Shown here piece after piece: positions 41,579-51,911 of a DNA stretch of 64,000 nucleotides. Position 1 is the stretch's first letter, and each line of letters starts with the position of its first letter. The stretch lies in NCBI GenBank assembly GCA_963666565.1, contig OY762911.1:3744001-3808000 (forward strand). The letters are read 5' to 3'. This stretch comes from Thermoanaerobaculia bacterium (GTDB taxonomy: Bacteria; Acidobacteriota; Thermoanaerobaculia; Multivoradales; Multivoraceae). The notes under the pieces are model-generated. The model did no database searches. It worked only from the letters and a program-made list of their open reading frames with translations, and was not told where the DNA came from. A program made the translations under genes and the position numbers.

Positions 41579-43644
41579 ATGGTCGCAACGACTGATTCTC
41601 GAGCAGGCGCCAGAGGAGCGGTTGCTGCCGCCAGCCTCTCGCTGGCGCTCTGGTCTCTTGCCGTACAGCCCGCTAAAGCCCGGCAAACCGCCGCAAGGGA
41701 GCCAACCGTCGCCGAGGCCACGGTCCCCCCATCGACCTGATCGGCCCCTGGCTGAGAAACGAAGAACTGAGCGAGGCGCCGAGCCTCGACGGCGAGAGCA
41801 TTGGGCAGGGGCCCGAGCTGGCAGCCGGACTCGTCTCCGACCTTGCCGAAAGCCTCGGCGACCGGCTGGACGCGATCCTGATACAGGTGGACGGGGAAAC
41901 GCTGCTGCTGAACGGAAAAGGCGAACTCAGCTCCTTCCGCCTGGGACGCGAGCGGTACACGGACCGCCTCGGCAACGGAATCCGCCTCCTGACCGCGAGT
42001 GGCGCTTTCCGAATCGAGACGCGCATCTCCGGCTGGCTCTGGGTCGAGACCTTCTCGAGGAAGGACGATCGACTGGTGCGAGTGACGGAGATCCGTCACA
42101 CGGGATTCTCGGGACTCGAGCTTCGCACGGTCTACGATCCGGTGGGAACCGAACACCCGTCCGCTGCTCCCGCCGCCGGCGGGCCGCCAACGGTTTCGCA
42201 GCCGATCCGTATCGTGCCGCCCGGCCGCCGCGGCGAACTGCTCGGGGGCAAGGTCGAGGTCCAGACCCTGATCGCCGATCCGACCGTCGGCAGGGTCGAG
42301 TTCACTGTCGACGGCGTCCGGACCCGGGTCGACCGGAAACCGCCCTTCGGGGCCCGTCTCGACCTGGCCGAACCGCCCCGGGAGCGGACCGTCGACGTCG
42401 AGGCGTACGACGCGGACGGCGAGTACCTTGGCGCCGACCGGATCGTGCTGAACCGAATCGATGTTGCCTTCGCGGTTCGCATCACGGGGATTCGCCGCGA
42501 GAGAGTCGACGGGGAGACGTCCGTTCGCGTGCAGGCCGGCGTTTCGCTACCCCGATCGGCAGCCCTTGAACGCGTCGACTTCTACCTCAACGACCGTCTC
42601 GTCGCGGAGAGGGCGGACTTCGGCGAGCCGGACGACAGCGCGGCACGGGTCGTTCCCGTCAACGTCTCCATCCCGGATGTTAGAGGGAACGACTTCGTCC
42701 GGGTCAGCGCCAGACTGGCCGATGGCCGCGAGCTCGAAGACGCCGAACTCCTGCAGGGAGCGGACTACCGGAGCGAAGTCGACGTCCAACTCGTCCAGAT
42801 CCAGGTCCTCGTCGCCGATGACCAGGGGAACCCGGTCGGCGATCTTCAGCCGAGCGACTTCGCGATCCTCGAAAACGGTCGGCCACGCCGGGTCGAGAAC
42901 GTCCACACCGCCAAGGATGTCCCCCTCGTGCTGGGTCTCGCTATCGATTCGTCCGACAGCATGTTGCCCATCTGGCGCAAGTTGAAGCAGATCGTCGCGA
43001 AATTCCTCGACAGATCGCTGGCTTCCGGCGACCGGGCGTTCCTGGTCGACTTCGACGCGACCGTCCGGTTGCTGCAACCGCTCACCGGCGTCAAGCCCCT
43101 GCTGTCGCAAGGTCTTGACCGGCTCACGCCCCTCGGCGGCACGGCCTTGAACGACGGCGTACTCTTTTCGCTCCTTCAGTACCGGCGCGAGGCCGGCCGC
43201 CGGGCACTGGTGGTGATCACGGACGGCGCCGACCTCCACAGTCGCTCACGCCCCAGGCAATCCGCGGACTTCGCCGAGCGCCTTGGCATTCCCATCTACT
43301 TCCTCGAACTCGACAACCTGATCACCAGGGTGGCAGTCGGAGGAGGCATCGCGCCGTCTGGCGACCTGACAAGGCTCAAGCAGCGGGAGGCACGGAAGCG
43401 CCTGGACCGAATCAGCCGGTGGACCGGCGGCCGACTCTTCCACATCCCGCCCTTTCCTGAAAGCTCAGCCAGATCGGAACGGATCGAACAGGTCTTCGAT
43501 CGGATCGAGGAGGACCTGCGCCACCAGCATGTTCTGACCTACTACAGCGAGGAGCCGCCTGGCGCAGCGATCGAGCGGGAGGTCCGCGTGAACCGACGGG
43601 AGCTCAAGCTGCGCAGCGCCGTGCCGCTCAAGGCCATCGAGTAA
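41579..43644 (+). pseudogene. Ig-like/VWA paralog 5, signal peptide out of frame (probable slip at the C6 run 41725-41730)
   Basis: ATG 41579 encodes a signal-like peptide that stops after TVPPST. The IDLIGPWLRN domain from 41731 is in the 41887..43644 frame, which has a stop at 41674 upstream. One extra base restores a full ORF. Confidence 0.7.
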
Positions 43645-43683
43645 CGCAAGCCGGATCGTCAGGTGCTCCAGCCAACAGAGGTC

Positions 43684-44691
43684 CTACCGGCCGCCTGTCG
43701 CGACCGCCTCCCGCTCCTGAGCGCGGGCGCCGGAGAGGATGTTCGTCAGCCCGTAGTTCCCCTCGTGGCAGGCGTACTCGAAGATCGGATCTGCGGTGCG
43801 GGCGAGCCGGATCATCATCGTCCAGGGACTGACCCAGGTCGCCTCGTCTTCGTAGGTGATCTCCCACTCGATCGTCTCCGGGCCGGTGCGCGTGAAGCGC
43901 TCGACCACCTTGAGACCGTCCGTCGCTCGACCGCTGGCGCCCCCGCCGGCAGAGTAGTTCGTCGTCTCGACGACGAGTGAGTCGTCCTCGAACCAGCCTC
44001 GCGAGCCGCCGTGCCAGAGCCGCAGGTCGTCGGGCAGCGGCGCCGGCTCCGCCAGCGGAATGATCCGCACGTCGTGGATCAACTCCTGCAGGATCGCGAC
44101 ATGGTCCGCGGTCTGGAAGAACTGGAAGTAGCTGTTGTAGCCGGCCAGCGTGTTCGGCACGCCGAAGGTGATGCAGCGCACCCCGAGGGTCATGTCCTCG
44201 GGGCCGGCGGGCACCTCGTCGCCGTAGGCCACCGCCGCCCGCATCCGTTCCATCGCCTGCTCCGTGAGCGCCGGAATGCGACCGTTCGGCGGGTCGATCA
44301 CGAGCGAAGTGCGGTTGTCGAGTTCCCGGTCGACGAGCCAGAACGAGTTGTAGTTCCCGGTGACCTGGTCGAAGCCGCGGAACTCGGGATCTTCCAGTAC
44401 GCGCTGAATCAGGTAGTCGCCCAGCAGGTCGCCGGCCTGGGACCCCTCCCGAATCTCCTCGAGGCGGCGCTTGAGGTCGGCGAGCTCGTCGTCGGTGAGG
44501 GTCGCCTTGTCGCCGAAGGACTTCGGCCGCTCGAGCGGCGTGGCGCTGTTGTTGGCCCAGATGCCCTGGAAGTCGGGGTGGCCATCGGCGGTCCGGGGAA
44601 CGGCCCAGTCTTCGGCCGCCAGCCCTCCGCCGGCCAGGAGCAGGATCGCAACGAGCAGAATCGGGCAACGGCCCGGACGGTTCCTGAGCAT
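43684..44691 (-). CDS. Exported hypothetical protein, ACHEGNY family paralog 4
   Basis: GGAGG before ATG 44691; PRTADGHPDFQGIW, TPLERP, YNSFW, VRC and FEYACHEGNY. Confidence 0.85.
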   Translation of the reverse strand: MLRNRPGRCPILLVAILLLAGGGLAAEDWAVPRTADGHPDFQGIWANNSATPLERPKSFGDKATLTDDELADLKRRLEEIREGSQAGDLLGDYLIQRVLEDPEFRGFDQVTGNYNSFWLVDRELDNRTSLVIDPPNGRIPALTEQAMERMRAAVAYGDEVPAGPEDMTLGVRCITFGVPNTLAGYNSYFQFFQTADHVAILQELIHDVRIIPLAEPAPLPDDLRLWHGGSRGWFEDDSLVVETTNYSAGGGASGRATDGLKVVERFTRTGPETIEWEITYEDEATWVSPWTMMIRLARTADPIFEYACHEGNYGLTNILSGARAQEREAVATGGR

Positions 44692-44871
44692 CGGTACCTC
44701 CAGATGGACCAATCCAGTATACGGGCAGGAGCGGCGCGCCCACCGCGCCACGAACGCGCGCGCCGGCCGCTCAGCCGAGGCCCAAGGGTAAGCGCGCCCG
44801 TACGGAAGCAAGCGACACCCGACTCGCCGATGGGTATTCTCCCCACGCCAATCCGAAGGGAGATCGTCGCC

Positions 44872-46974
44872 ATGCAGCTCAGCCAGTCCGTCGCCGTCGA
44901 ACGCCACGAGGCGCCGGGACTCGGCACGGCCGGCGCGATCCGGATCGACAATCCCCCGGTCAACGCGCTGAGCCAGCACGTGCGCGAGGGACTCGCCGCA
45001 GCCGTGCCGGCAGTCGCCGGCGATCCCGAGATGCAGGCAGCGGTGCTCGTTTGCCGCGGCAGGACCTTCATTGCCGGCGCCGACATCCGCGAGTTCGGCA
45101 AGCCGCGCCTGCCGCCGGACACGAACGAAGTCAGGCGGATGATCGAGAAGTCGCCCAAGCCCTTCGTTGCGGCGATTCACGGCACGGCGCTGGGCGGCGG
45201 CCTGGAGATGGCGATGGCCTGCCACTTCCGCGTCGCCGACCGCGACGCACGCCTCGGCCTGCCCGAAGTCAAGCTCGGCATCCTGCCGGGCGGCGGCGGC
45301 ACCCAGCGGCTTCCGCGGCTGGTCGGCGTGCCGCGGGCGCTCGAGATGATCGCGAGCGGGGAGCACATCACGGCCTCCGAGGCGCTCGACCTGGGGCTGA
45401 TCGACGCCGTGATCGACCGCGACGCGGAGGGCGGCCTCGAAGCCGGCGCGATCCGTTTCGCCCTGCGCGCCGTGGCCGAGGGACGCGGCCTGCCACGGGT
45501 GAGGGACATCGACAGCCACCGCGACGTCGTCCGGGAGAACCCGGGCATCTTCGACGACTTCCGTCGCCGGATCGCGCGCAGGACGCGGGGCTTCAACGCC
45601 CCGGAGGTCTGCATCCAGTGCATCGAGGCGGCGGTCGAACTGCCCTTCGACGAGGGGCTCGCCCGCGAGGCCGAGCTGTCGCGGACGCTCCATGCCGACC
45701 CGCAGTCGCGGGCCCAGCGCTACTACTTCTTCGCCGAGCGCGCGGCGCGCAAGATCCCGGGCATCCCGGCGGACACGCCGGTGCGCGAGATCGCCAGGGT
45801 CGGCGTGCTCGGCGCCGGCACGATGGGCGGCGGCATCTCGATGGCCTTCGCCAACGCGGGGTTCCCGGTTCAGGTCGTCGAGCAGAACCGCGACGCGCTC
45901 GACCGGGGTCTGGCCACGGTACGGAGCAACTACGAGCGCAGCGCGTCGCGCGGACGCTTCACGGCCGACCAGGTGGAGGAGCGAATGGCCCTGCTGGACG
46001 GCGGCACGGACCGGGACGCACTCGCCGAGTGCGACCTGGTGATCGAGGCGGTGTTCGAGGACATGGACCTGAAGAAGCGCGTCTTCGGCGAGATCGACCG
46101 GATCGCGAGGCCCGGCGCGCTGCTGGCCACGAACACGTCCTACCTCGACGTCAACGAGATCGCCGCGGAGACCGGCTGGCCGGAGGACGTCGTCGGCATG
46201 CACTTCTTCAGCCCGGCCAACGTGATGAAGCTGGTCGAGGTCGTGCGCGGTGAGAAGTCGGCGCCGAACGCGGTCGCCACGGCCATGTCGATCTCCCGCG
46301 CGATCGGCAAGGTGCCGGCCCTGGTCGGCGTCTGCCACGGTTTCGTCGGCAACCGGATGCTCTTCCAGCGCCGCCTCCAGGCCGACCGCCTGGTGCTCGA
46401 GGGCGCGACGCCCTGGGACATCGACCGGGTGCTCTACGACTTCGGCATGCCGATGGGTCCGTTCCGCATGAGCGACCTGGCGGGCCTCGACGTGGGCTGG
46501 AACGCGGCGACCTCTTCGTCCAGCACCCTGCGGGAGATGCTCTGCGAGCGCGACCGCCGCGGCCAGAAGACGGGCCGCGGCTACTACGTCTACGACTCCG
46601 CAACGCGCGCCGCCGCGCCCGACCCGGAGGTCATGGACCTCGCCCGCGAGTTGGCGGGCCGTCTGGGGATCGAGCAGCGCGAGATCGTCGACGAGGAGAT
46701 CCTGAACCGCTGCCTGCTCTCCTCCGTCAACGAGGGCGCGAAGATCCTCGAAGAGGGCATCGCGCTGCGCGCCAGCGACATCGACGTCATCTGGATCAAC
46801 GGCTACGGCTGGCCCGTCTACCGCGGCGGCCCCATGTTCTGGGCCGACGAGTTCGGCCTCGACCGCATCGTCGACATCCTCGACGACTACGCCGTCCGCT
46901 TCGACGCCGACCAGTGGCAGGCCGCGCCGCTGCTGCGGGAGACGGCGGCCGCCGGCGGCCGTCTCAGCGGCTAG
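44872..46974 (+). CDS. Bifunctional enoyl-CoA hydratase / 3-hydroxyacyl-CoA dehydrogenase
   Basis: FIAGADI, ALGGGLE, PEVKLGILPG, GVLGAGTMGGGI, ATNTS and GMHFFSPA. Confidence 0.93.
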   Translation: MQLSQSVAVERHEAPGLGTAGAIRIDNPPVNALSQHVREGLAAAVPAVAGDPEMQAAVLVCRGRTFIAGADIREFGKPRLPPDTNEVRRMIEKSPKPFVAAIHGTALGGGLEMAMACHFRVADRDARLGLPEVKLGILPGGGGTQRLPRLVGVPRALEMIASGEHITASEALDLGLIDAVIDRDAEGGLEAGAIRFALRAVAEGRGLPRVRDIDSHRDVVRENPGIFDDFRRRIARRTRGFNAPEVCIQCIEAAVELPFDEGLAREAELSRTLHADPQSRAQRYYFFAERAARKIPGIPADTPVREIARVGVLGAGTMGGGISMAFANAGFPVQVVEQNRDALDRGLATVRSNYERSASRGRFTADQVEERMALLDGGTDRDALAECDLVIEAVFEDMDLKKRVFGEIDRIARPGALLATNTSYLDVNEIAAETGWPEDVVGMHFFSPANVMKLVEVVRGEKSAPNAVATAMSISRAIGKVPALVGVCHGFVGNRMLFQRRLQADRLVLEGATPWDIDRVLYDFGMPMGPFRMSDLAGLDVGWNAATSSSSTLREMLCERDRRGQKTGRGYYVYDSATRAAAPDPEVMDLARELAGRLGIEQREIVDEEILNRCLLSSVNEGAKILEEGIALRASDIDVIWINGYGWPVYRGGPMFWADEFGLDRIVDILDDYAVRFDADQWQAAPLLRETAAAGGRLSG

Positions 46975-47005
46975 CGAGACGGCGGCGGACTCACCCGCCC
47001 GCTCC

Positions 47006-47106
47006 GGGCCACAGGGGTAAGGGTCCCAGCGGTCGCTCCCGCTTTCTCGGATGGGGTGAGGTTGGCGCTCGCTTCGAGCCCGCTGGGACCCTTACCCCTG
47101 TGGCCC
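47006..47106. repeat. Perfect 27-bp inverted repeat with a 47-bp spacer (second palindromic family)
   Basis: GGGCCACAGGGGTAAGGGTCCCAGCGG at 47006-47032 and its exact reverse complement at 47080-47106. Confidence 0.9.
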
Positions 47107-47164
47107 TGCGCGGGCTGGGGGTCGCGGCCGGACCGGGGCCGGACGTCGCTGCTACTGTTCCCCG

Positions 47165-49171
47165 ATGCTCGGACCAGGGGGTTGCCGGCGTCTGACGAGA
47201 ATGTCCGTGGGGCTGGCGATGGTCTTCGTGACGGCGGTTGCCGGGTGGGGCCAGGAGCACGCGGACAGCGACTGGTCCGTCGTGACCGGCAACGACGCAA
47301 GTCAGCGGTACGCGCCGCTTGGACAGATCGATCGGAGCAACTTCGGGGAGCTCGAAGTCGCCTGGCGTTGGTCGTCGCCGGACAACGAGTTGATGGCGAA
47401 CGCCGCCGGGCAGGGCGGGCGGCGCACCGCGCCGCGGAATCACGAGGCGATCCCGATCAAGATCGGCGACCGGCTCTACGTGACGACCGGCTACGGGCAG
47501 ATCGCGGCGGTCGACATCGAGGAGGGGACGAGCCTCTGGACCTACGACCCACGGGCATACGTTCACGGCAGGCCGACGAATCTCGGCTTCACGCACCGGG
47601 GCGCCGCGTACTGGAAGGACCCCGACCTGCCGGCTGACGGCGGCCGCCTGATCTGGGCGGGCGGCGACTCCTTCCTGCGCGCGGTGGACACGCTGAGCGG
47701 CGAACCGATCGAATCCTTCGGGGACGACGGCAGCGTGGATCTCACCCTCGGCCTGCGCCGCGAAGTCTCGCGCCGGACCTACAGCGTCAGTTCGCCGGTC
47801 ACGCTGTGCCGCGACGTGGCGATCGTCGGCTCCTCCATCTCGGACGGGCCGCGGGCGCCGGAAGCGCCGCCGGGCGACGTGCGCGGATTCGATGTCCGGA
47901 CCGGGGAGCAGCTCTGGACCTTCCATTCCATCCCGCAGGAGGGCGAGCCGGGACGCGACACCTGGGAGAACGGTTCGTGGAAGGTAAGCGGCAACACGAA
48001 CGTCTGGACCCTGATGAGCGCCGACCCGGAACTCGGGCTCGCCTATCTGCCGTTCGGTACGCCGACCAACGACTGGTACGGCGGGCACCGGCTGGGCGAC
48101 AACCTCTACGCCGAGTCGCTGGTCGCGGTCGACTGCGAAACCGGCGAGCGGCGCTGGCACTTCCAGACCGTTCACCATGGCCTGTGGGACTACGACCTGC
48201 CGACCTCCGCGATCGTCGGCGACATCGAGGTCGAGGGCCGCGCGGTCCGGGCCGCGATGCAGCTCTCCAAGCAGGGCTTCCTCTACGTCTTCGACGCCGG
48301 CACGGGCGAACCGGTATGGCCGATCCTGGAGCGCGAAGTGCCGCAGACGGGCATCGTCGGCGAGCGGACGTCGCCGACCCAACCCTTCCCCACGAAGCCG
48401 CCGGCCTTCGAACGCCAGGGCATCGGACCGGACGACCTGATCGACTTCACCTCGGAACTCCGCGGCGAGGCGCGCGCCATCCTCTCCCGTTACCAGTACG
48501 GGCCGATGTTCACGCCGCCCACGGAGCGCGGCACGTTCCTGATGCCCGGCTACGGCGGCGGCGCGAGCTGGCCCGGCGGCGCGTTCGATCCCGAGACCGG
48601 CATGCTCTACGTGCCATCCTTCACCTGGCCCGTGGTGAACACGCTCCGCAGGCCGGACCCGAGCCGCTCGTCCTTCGACTACGTCGGCCGCATCACGAGC
48701 GACGTCCGCGGCCCGCGCGACCTGCCGCTGGTCAAGCCGCCGTACTCCCGGGTCACCGCCTACGACATGAACCGCGGCGAGATCGCCTGGACCGTGCCCC
48801 TGGGCCACGGCCCGCGCCGCCATCCGGCGCTCGCCGGACTCGACCTGCCTGCCCTCGGCTCGGGCGCTCGCGGCCACGTCGTCGCGACCAGGACGTTGCT
48901 GCTAGTGACCTCCGGCCGGTCGCTCGCCTTTCGCGGAGTCGACCGGGAGGCGACGGCCGAGGGCGCCGGACGCGACGACTGGCGGATCGAGACCCCGGCG
49001 CTCCGCGCGTTCGACAAGGCGACCGGCGAACTGGTCGGTGAGATCGAACTGCCGGCGCACACCGACGGCAGTCCGGTCGCCTTCATGCATCGTGGCCGGC
49101 AGTACATCGTGTTTGCGCTTGGCGGACGCGGCGCCCCGTTCGAGTTGATCGCCTACCGGCTGCCGGTCTGA
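47165..49171 (+). CDS. Exported PQQ-dependent glucose/quinate/shikimate-family dehydrogenase without the membrane-anchor domain
   Basis: RYAPLGQIDRSN, HRGAAYW, GDVRGFDVRTG, HFQTVHHGLWDYD, SPTQPFP and KPPYSRVTAYD; signal peptide. Confidence 0.88.
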   Translation: MLGPGGCRRLTRMSVGLAMVFVTAVAGWGQEHADSDWSVVTGNDASQRYAPLGQIDRSNFGELEVAWRWSSPDNELMANAAGQGGRRTAPRNHEAIPIKIGDRLYVTTGYGQIAAVDIEEGTSLWTYDPRAYVHGRPTNLGFTHRGAAYWKDPDLPADGGRLIWAGGDSFLRAVDTLSGEPIESFGDDGSVDLTLGLRREVSRRTYSVSSPVTLCRDVAIVGSSISDGPRAPEAPPGDVRGFDVRTGEQLWTFHSIPQEGEPGRDTWENGSWKVSGNTNVWTLMSADPELGLAYLPFGTPTNDWYGGHRLGDNLYAESLVAVDCETGERRWHFQTVHHGLWDYDLPTSAIVGDIEVEGRAVRAAMQLSKQGFLYVFDAGTGEPVWPILEREVPQTGIVGERTSPTQPFPTKPPAFERQGIGPDDLIDFTSELRGEARAILSRYQYGPMFTPPTERGTFLMPGYGGGASWPGGAFDPETGMLYVPSFTWPVVNTLRRPDPSRSSFDYVGRITSDVRGPRDLPLVKPPYSRVTAYDMNRGEIAWTVPLGHGPRRHPALAGLDLPALGSGARGHVVATRTLLLVTSGRSLAFRGVDREATAEGAGRDDWRIETPALRAFDKATGELVGEIELPAHTDGSPVAFMHRGRQYIVFALGGRGAPFELIAYRLPV

Positions 49172-49331
49172 CAGACTGTGCGGCTATCCGGCTCGACCTC
49201 CGAGTACCTTGCCTTTCCTCGCGCCCACCGTCCTGTAAGCGCCACGCCCGCTACACCCGCACCCTCCCGGCATCCGGCGTGAAGCGCAGAGTTCAGGGCA
49301 GTCTGGCCCGCCTTGCAACGACCTTCCAGGG

Positions 49332-51302
49332 ATGAACACGATGACAACGAAGATCGGCCACACGACGCCCTCCTCCCTTCTCGCCGCCGCGCTTTCCGTA
49401 GCGGCCCTCGTCGCCGCGGCGCTCGCCTGCGCGCCGGCCGGCGGCGACCTTCCGGGCGGCGGTGAGCACGCCGGCTTCGGCGCCTACACGCGGGAAGCGG
49501 CCTACGACGGCGCCAACCGCTACTCCGTCTACGTGCCGATGCCGGACGGCGTCCGCGTCTCGGTCGACTACTTCATCCCGACGGCAAACGGCGTCGAGGC
49601 GTCGGAACCCCTGCCGACGATCCTCCACTACACCCGCTACACCCGCGCCTTCCAGGTCGAGGACGAGGAGGGCAACCTCAGGATCCTCACGCAGACCGAA
49701 CGCGATCCGGTGCTCCAGCACATGCTGCACCGCGGCTACACCGTCGCGGTCGCCGACGCCCGTGGCACCGGCGCTTCCTTCGGCGTCCACAACGGCGCCT
49801 TCTCCGTCGAAGAGACGGCCGACTCGTACCACATCGTGGAGTGGATCGCGGCCCAGCCGTGGTCCGACGGCAACGTCGGCATGCAGGGCCGCTCCTACCC
49901 GGGCATGACCCAGTACCAGGCCGTCACGCAGAGGCCGCCGGCGCTCAAGGCGATCTTCGCCGAGATGGCCGGCCCCACGCCCTACGACTTCGTGTTCCGC
50001 GGCGGCACGTTCAAGAACGAGTTCATCGATACCTGGGGCGCCGGCACCCGGGAAGCGGATCTGTCGACCCGGGCCGCGCCGGTGGACGACGACCCGGACA
50101 GCGCTCTCCGCGACGCGGCGGTGGCGGAGCATGCCGCCAACCTCTGGGCGCACGAAATGCTGGGGGAAGAGGGCGCCGGCCTCCGGGACTGGAAGCTCGA
50201 CGTCGAGGACGGCGATCACGTGTCCTGGGACACCACCGGCACCAGCGACGACTGGGCCGCGATGGACGAGTCCGGCATCGCGATCTACCACCTCGCCGGC
50301 TGGCTCGACATCTACGCCACGCAGCAGCCGATGGCTTTCGCCAACCTGCCGAACGCGCCGCAGAAGATGATGGTCGGCCCCTGGATCCACGGCGGCGGCT
50401 ACGGCGGCGACGTGCACAAGGCCGAGTTCCTGCGCTGGTACGACCGGTGGCTCAAGGGAATCGAGAACGGCGTGATGGACGAGGCCCCGGTCCACTACTA
50501 CGTCATGCAGGGAAGCCACACCCTGCCGGACGACCCGGAAGCCGCACTGAGCCTGGACGAGCAGCGGGCCGAGGATCCCGCAACCTGGACCGCGGCCGAA
50601 TCGTGGCCCCCAGCGGGCCTCTCGAACCGGCGCTTCGCCCTGGCCGGCGAGGGCGCCCTGACCGGCGCTTCGGACGGGGACGCCGGCCAGGACGAGTACA
50701 CCGTCGACTACTCCTCCTCCGCCGGCTCGTTCTCCCGCTGGATGAACGGGCACGGCGCCAGCCGGCAGGACCGGCGAGGCACGACCTTCTTCGACGAGCG
50801 ATCCGCCGAGAACGCCAAGGCCCTCACCTACACCACCGCACCGTTGACCGAGGCCATGACGATCGTCGGCCACGCGATCGTCCATCTGTCCGTCAACTCC
50901 ACCCACGACGACGGCGACTTCTTCGTCTACCTGGAGGAGGTCGACGCGGACGGCCGCTCCCACTACGTCACCGAGGGCGCGCTAAGGGCCTCCTACCGGG
51001 CCGTCGGCGACGCCCCCTGGGACGACCTCGGGTTGCCCTTCCACCGCGGCCATGCGGAGGATCTCGAACCGCTGCCCGACGAGCCCGTCGGACTGGCAAT
51101 CGACCTGATGGCAACCGCGGTCACGATCGACGAAGGCCACCGCCTGCGCCTGACCATCGCCGGCGCCGACGCCGCCAACCACGCGCTCTATCCGGATCCG
51201 GAAGGCGTCGACGCGCCGACCGTGACGATCTACCGAGGCGGCGAGAACGGCTCCTGGCTCGACGTCCCCGTGGCGCCGCCAGCCTCGGAGATAACCTCGT
51301 GA
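49332..51302 (+). CDS. CocE/NonD family serine hydrolase (lipoprotein)
   Basis: DARGTGASFG, WIAAQPWSDGNVGM, nucleophile motif GRSYPG and GPWIH; lipobox ALAC. Confidence 0.9.
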   Translation: MNTMTTKIGHTTPSSLLAAALSVAALVAAALACAPAGGDLPGGGEHAGFGAYTREAAYDGANRYSVYVPMPDGVRVSVDYFIPTANGVEASEPLPTILHYTRYTRAFQVEDEEGNLRILTQTERDPVLQHMLHRGYTVAVADARGTGASFGVHNGAFSVEETADSYHIVEWIAAQPWSDGNVGMQGRSYPGMTQYQAVTQRPPALKAIFAEMAGPTPYDFVFRGGTFKNEFIDTWGAGTREADLSTRAAPVDDDPDSALRDAAVAEHAANLWAHEMLGEEGAGLRDWKLDVEDGDHVSWDTTGTSDDWAAMDESGIAIYHLAGWLDIYATQQPMAFANLPNAPQKMMVGPWIHGGGYGGDVHKAEFLRWYDRWLKGIENGVMDEAPVHYYVMQGSHTLPDDPEAALSLDEQRAEDPATWTAAESWPPAGLSNRRFALAGEGALTGASDGDAGQDEYTVDYSSSAGSFSRWMNGHGASRQDRRGTTFFDERSAENAKALTYTTAPLTEAMTIVGHAIVHLSVNSTHDDGDFFVYLEEVDADGRSHYVTEGALRASYRAVGDAPWDDLGLPFHRGHAEDLEPLPDEPVGLAIDLMATAVTIDEGHRLRLTIAGADAANHALYPDPEGVDAPTVTIYRGGENGSWLDVPVAPPASEITS

Positions 51303-51425
51303 AGGAGGCCTGCGAGCGTCGCGGGACGCAGCCTGCGTAGTCTGGCCCGACGCCAACGGGCGTGCGCTTGGATGCTGACGCGCTTCAACTCCGTGGCCCC
51401 GGGCGGCCGGCGGGTGCCTACGTTG

Positions 51426-51911
51426 TCACGCGAACAGCCGCTCATCCCACCACACGGGTGTCTCCAGACCGACCTCGATTCCCAGGCCCTCGTAGTCCGG
51501 GTGGCGGGTGTTGATCACCAGGTTGCGCTCCGGACGCGCGACGACCGACGGCACGAAGAGGATCACGCTCCGGCGTTCCAGATACCAGTCCGCGCCGAAG
51601 CGCTGCGACGCTGCAAGGTCCAGCCGTTCCCAGCCGGGCAGAACGTCGGCCGTGACGACCTCGTAACTCGTTCCGGCGGGAATCACCGCCTCGACGAAGT
51701 GCTGGTTCGACGGTACGGGCGATGGCCAGTTGACCAGCGTCTCCAGCATCGCCGTCGAGTAGTTCCGGGAGGCGTAGATCACCTCGCTGCCGTACTCGTG
51801 CCATCGGCCGTTGCAGCGGAGCGCCCCTTCCGCGCTCCACACCGCAAACTCCCCGTCCGCGTCGCCGATGCGATACGCCCGTATCGGCGACGCGAGGAGC
51901 CTCGCGGTCAC
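51426..51911 (-). CDS. RES domain toxin
   Basis: GRWH...IYAS...AMLE, VPSVV, ERNLVINTRHPD and WDERLF; GTG overlaps the antitoxin stop. Confidence 0.88.
   Translation of the reverse strand: MTARLLASPIRAYRIGDADGEFAVWSAEGALRCNGRWHEYGSEVIYASRNYSTAMLETLVNWPSPVPSNQHFVEAVIPAGTSYEVVTADVLPGWERLDLAASQRFGADWYLERRSVILFVPSVVARPERNLVINTRHPDYEGLGIEVGLETPVWWDERLFA

Noticed and set aside
32389-43644. Diversity-generating retroelement acting on the VWA array
   Set aside because: No reverse transcriptase is present and no near-identical template/variable repeat pair differing at adenines was seen.
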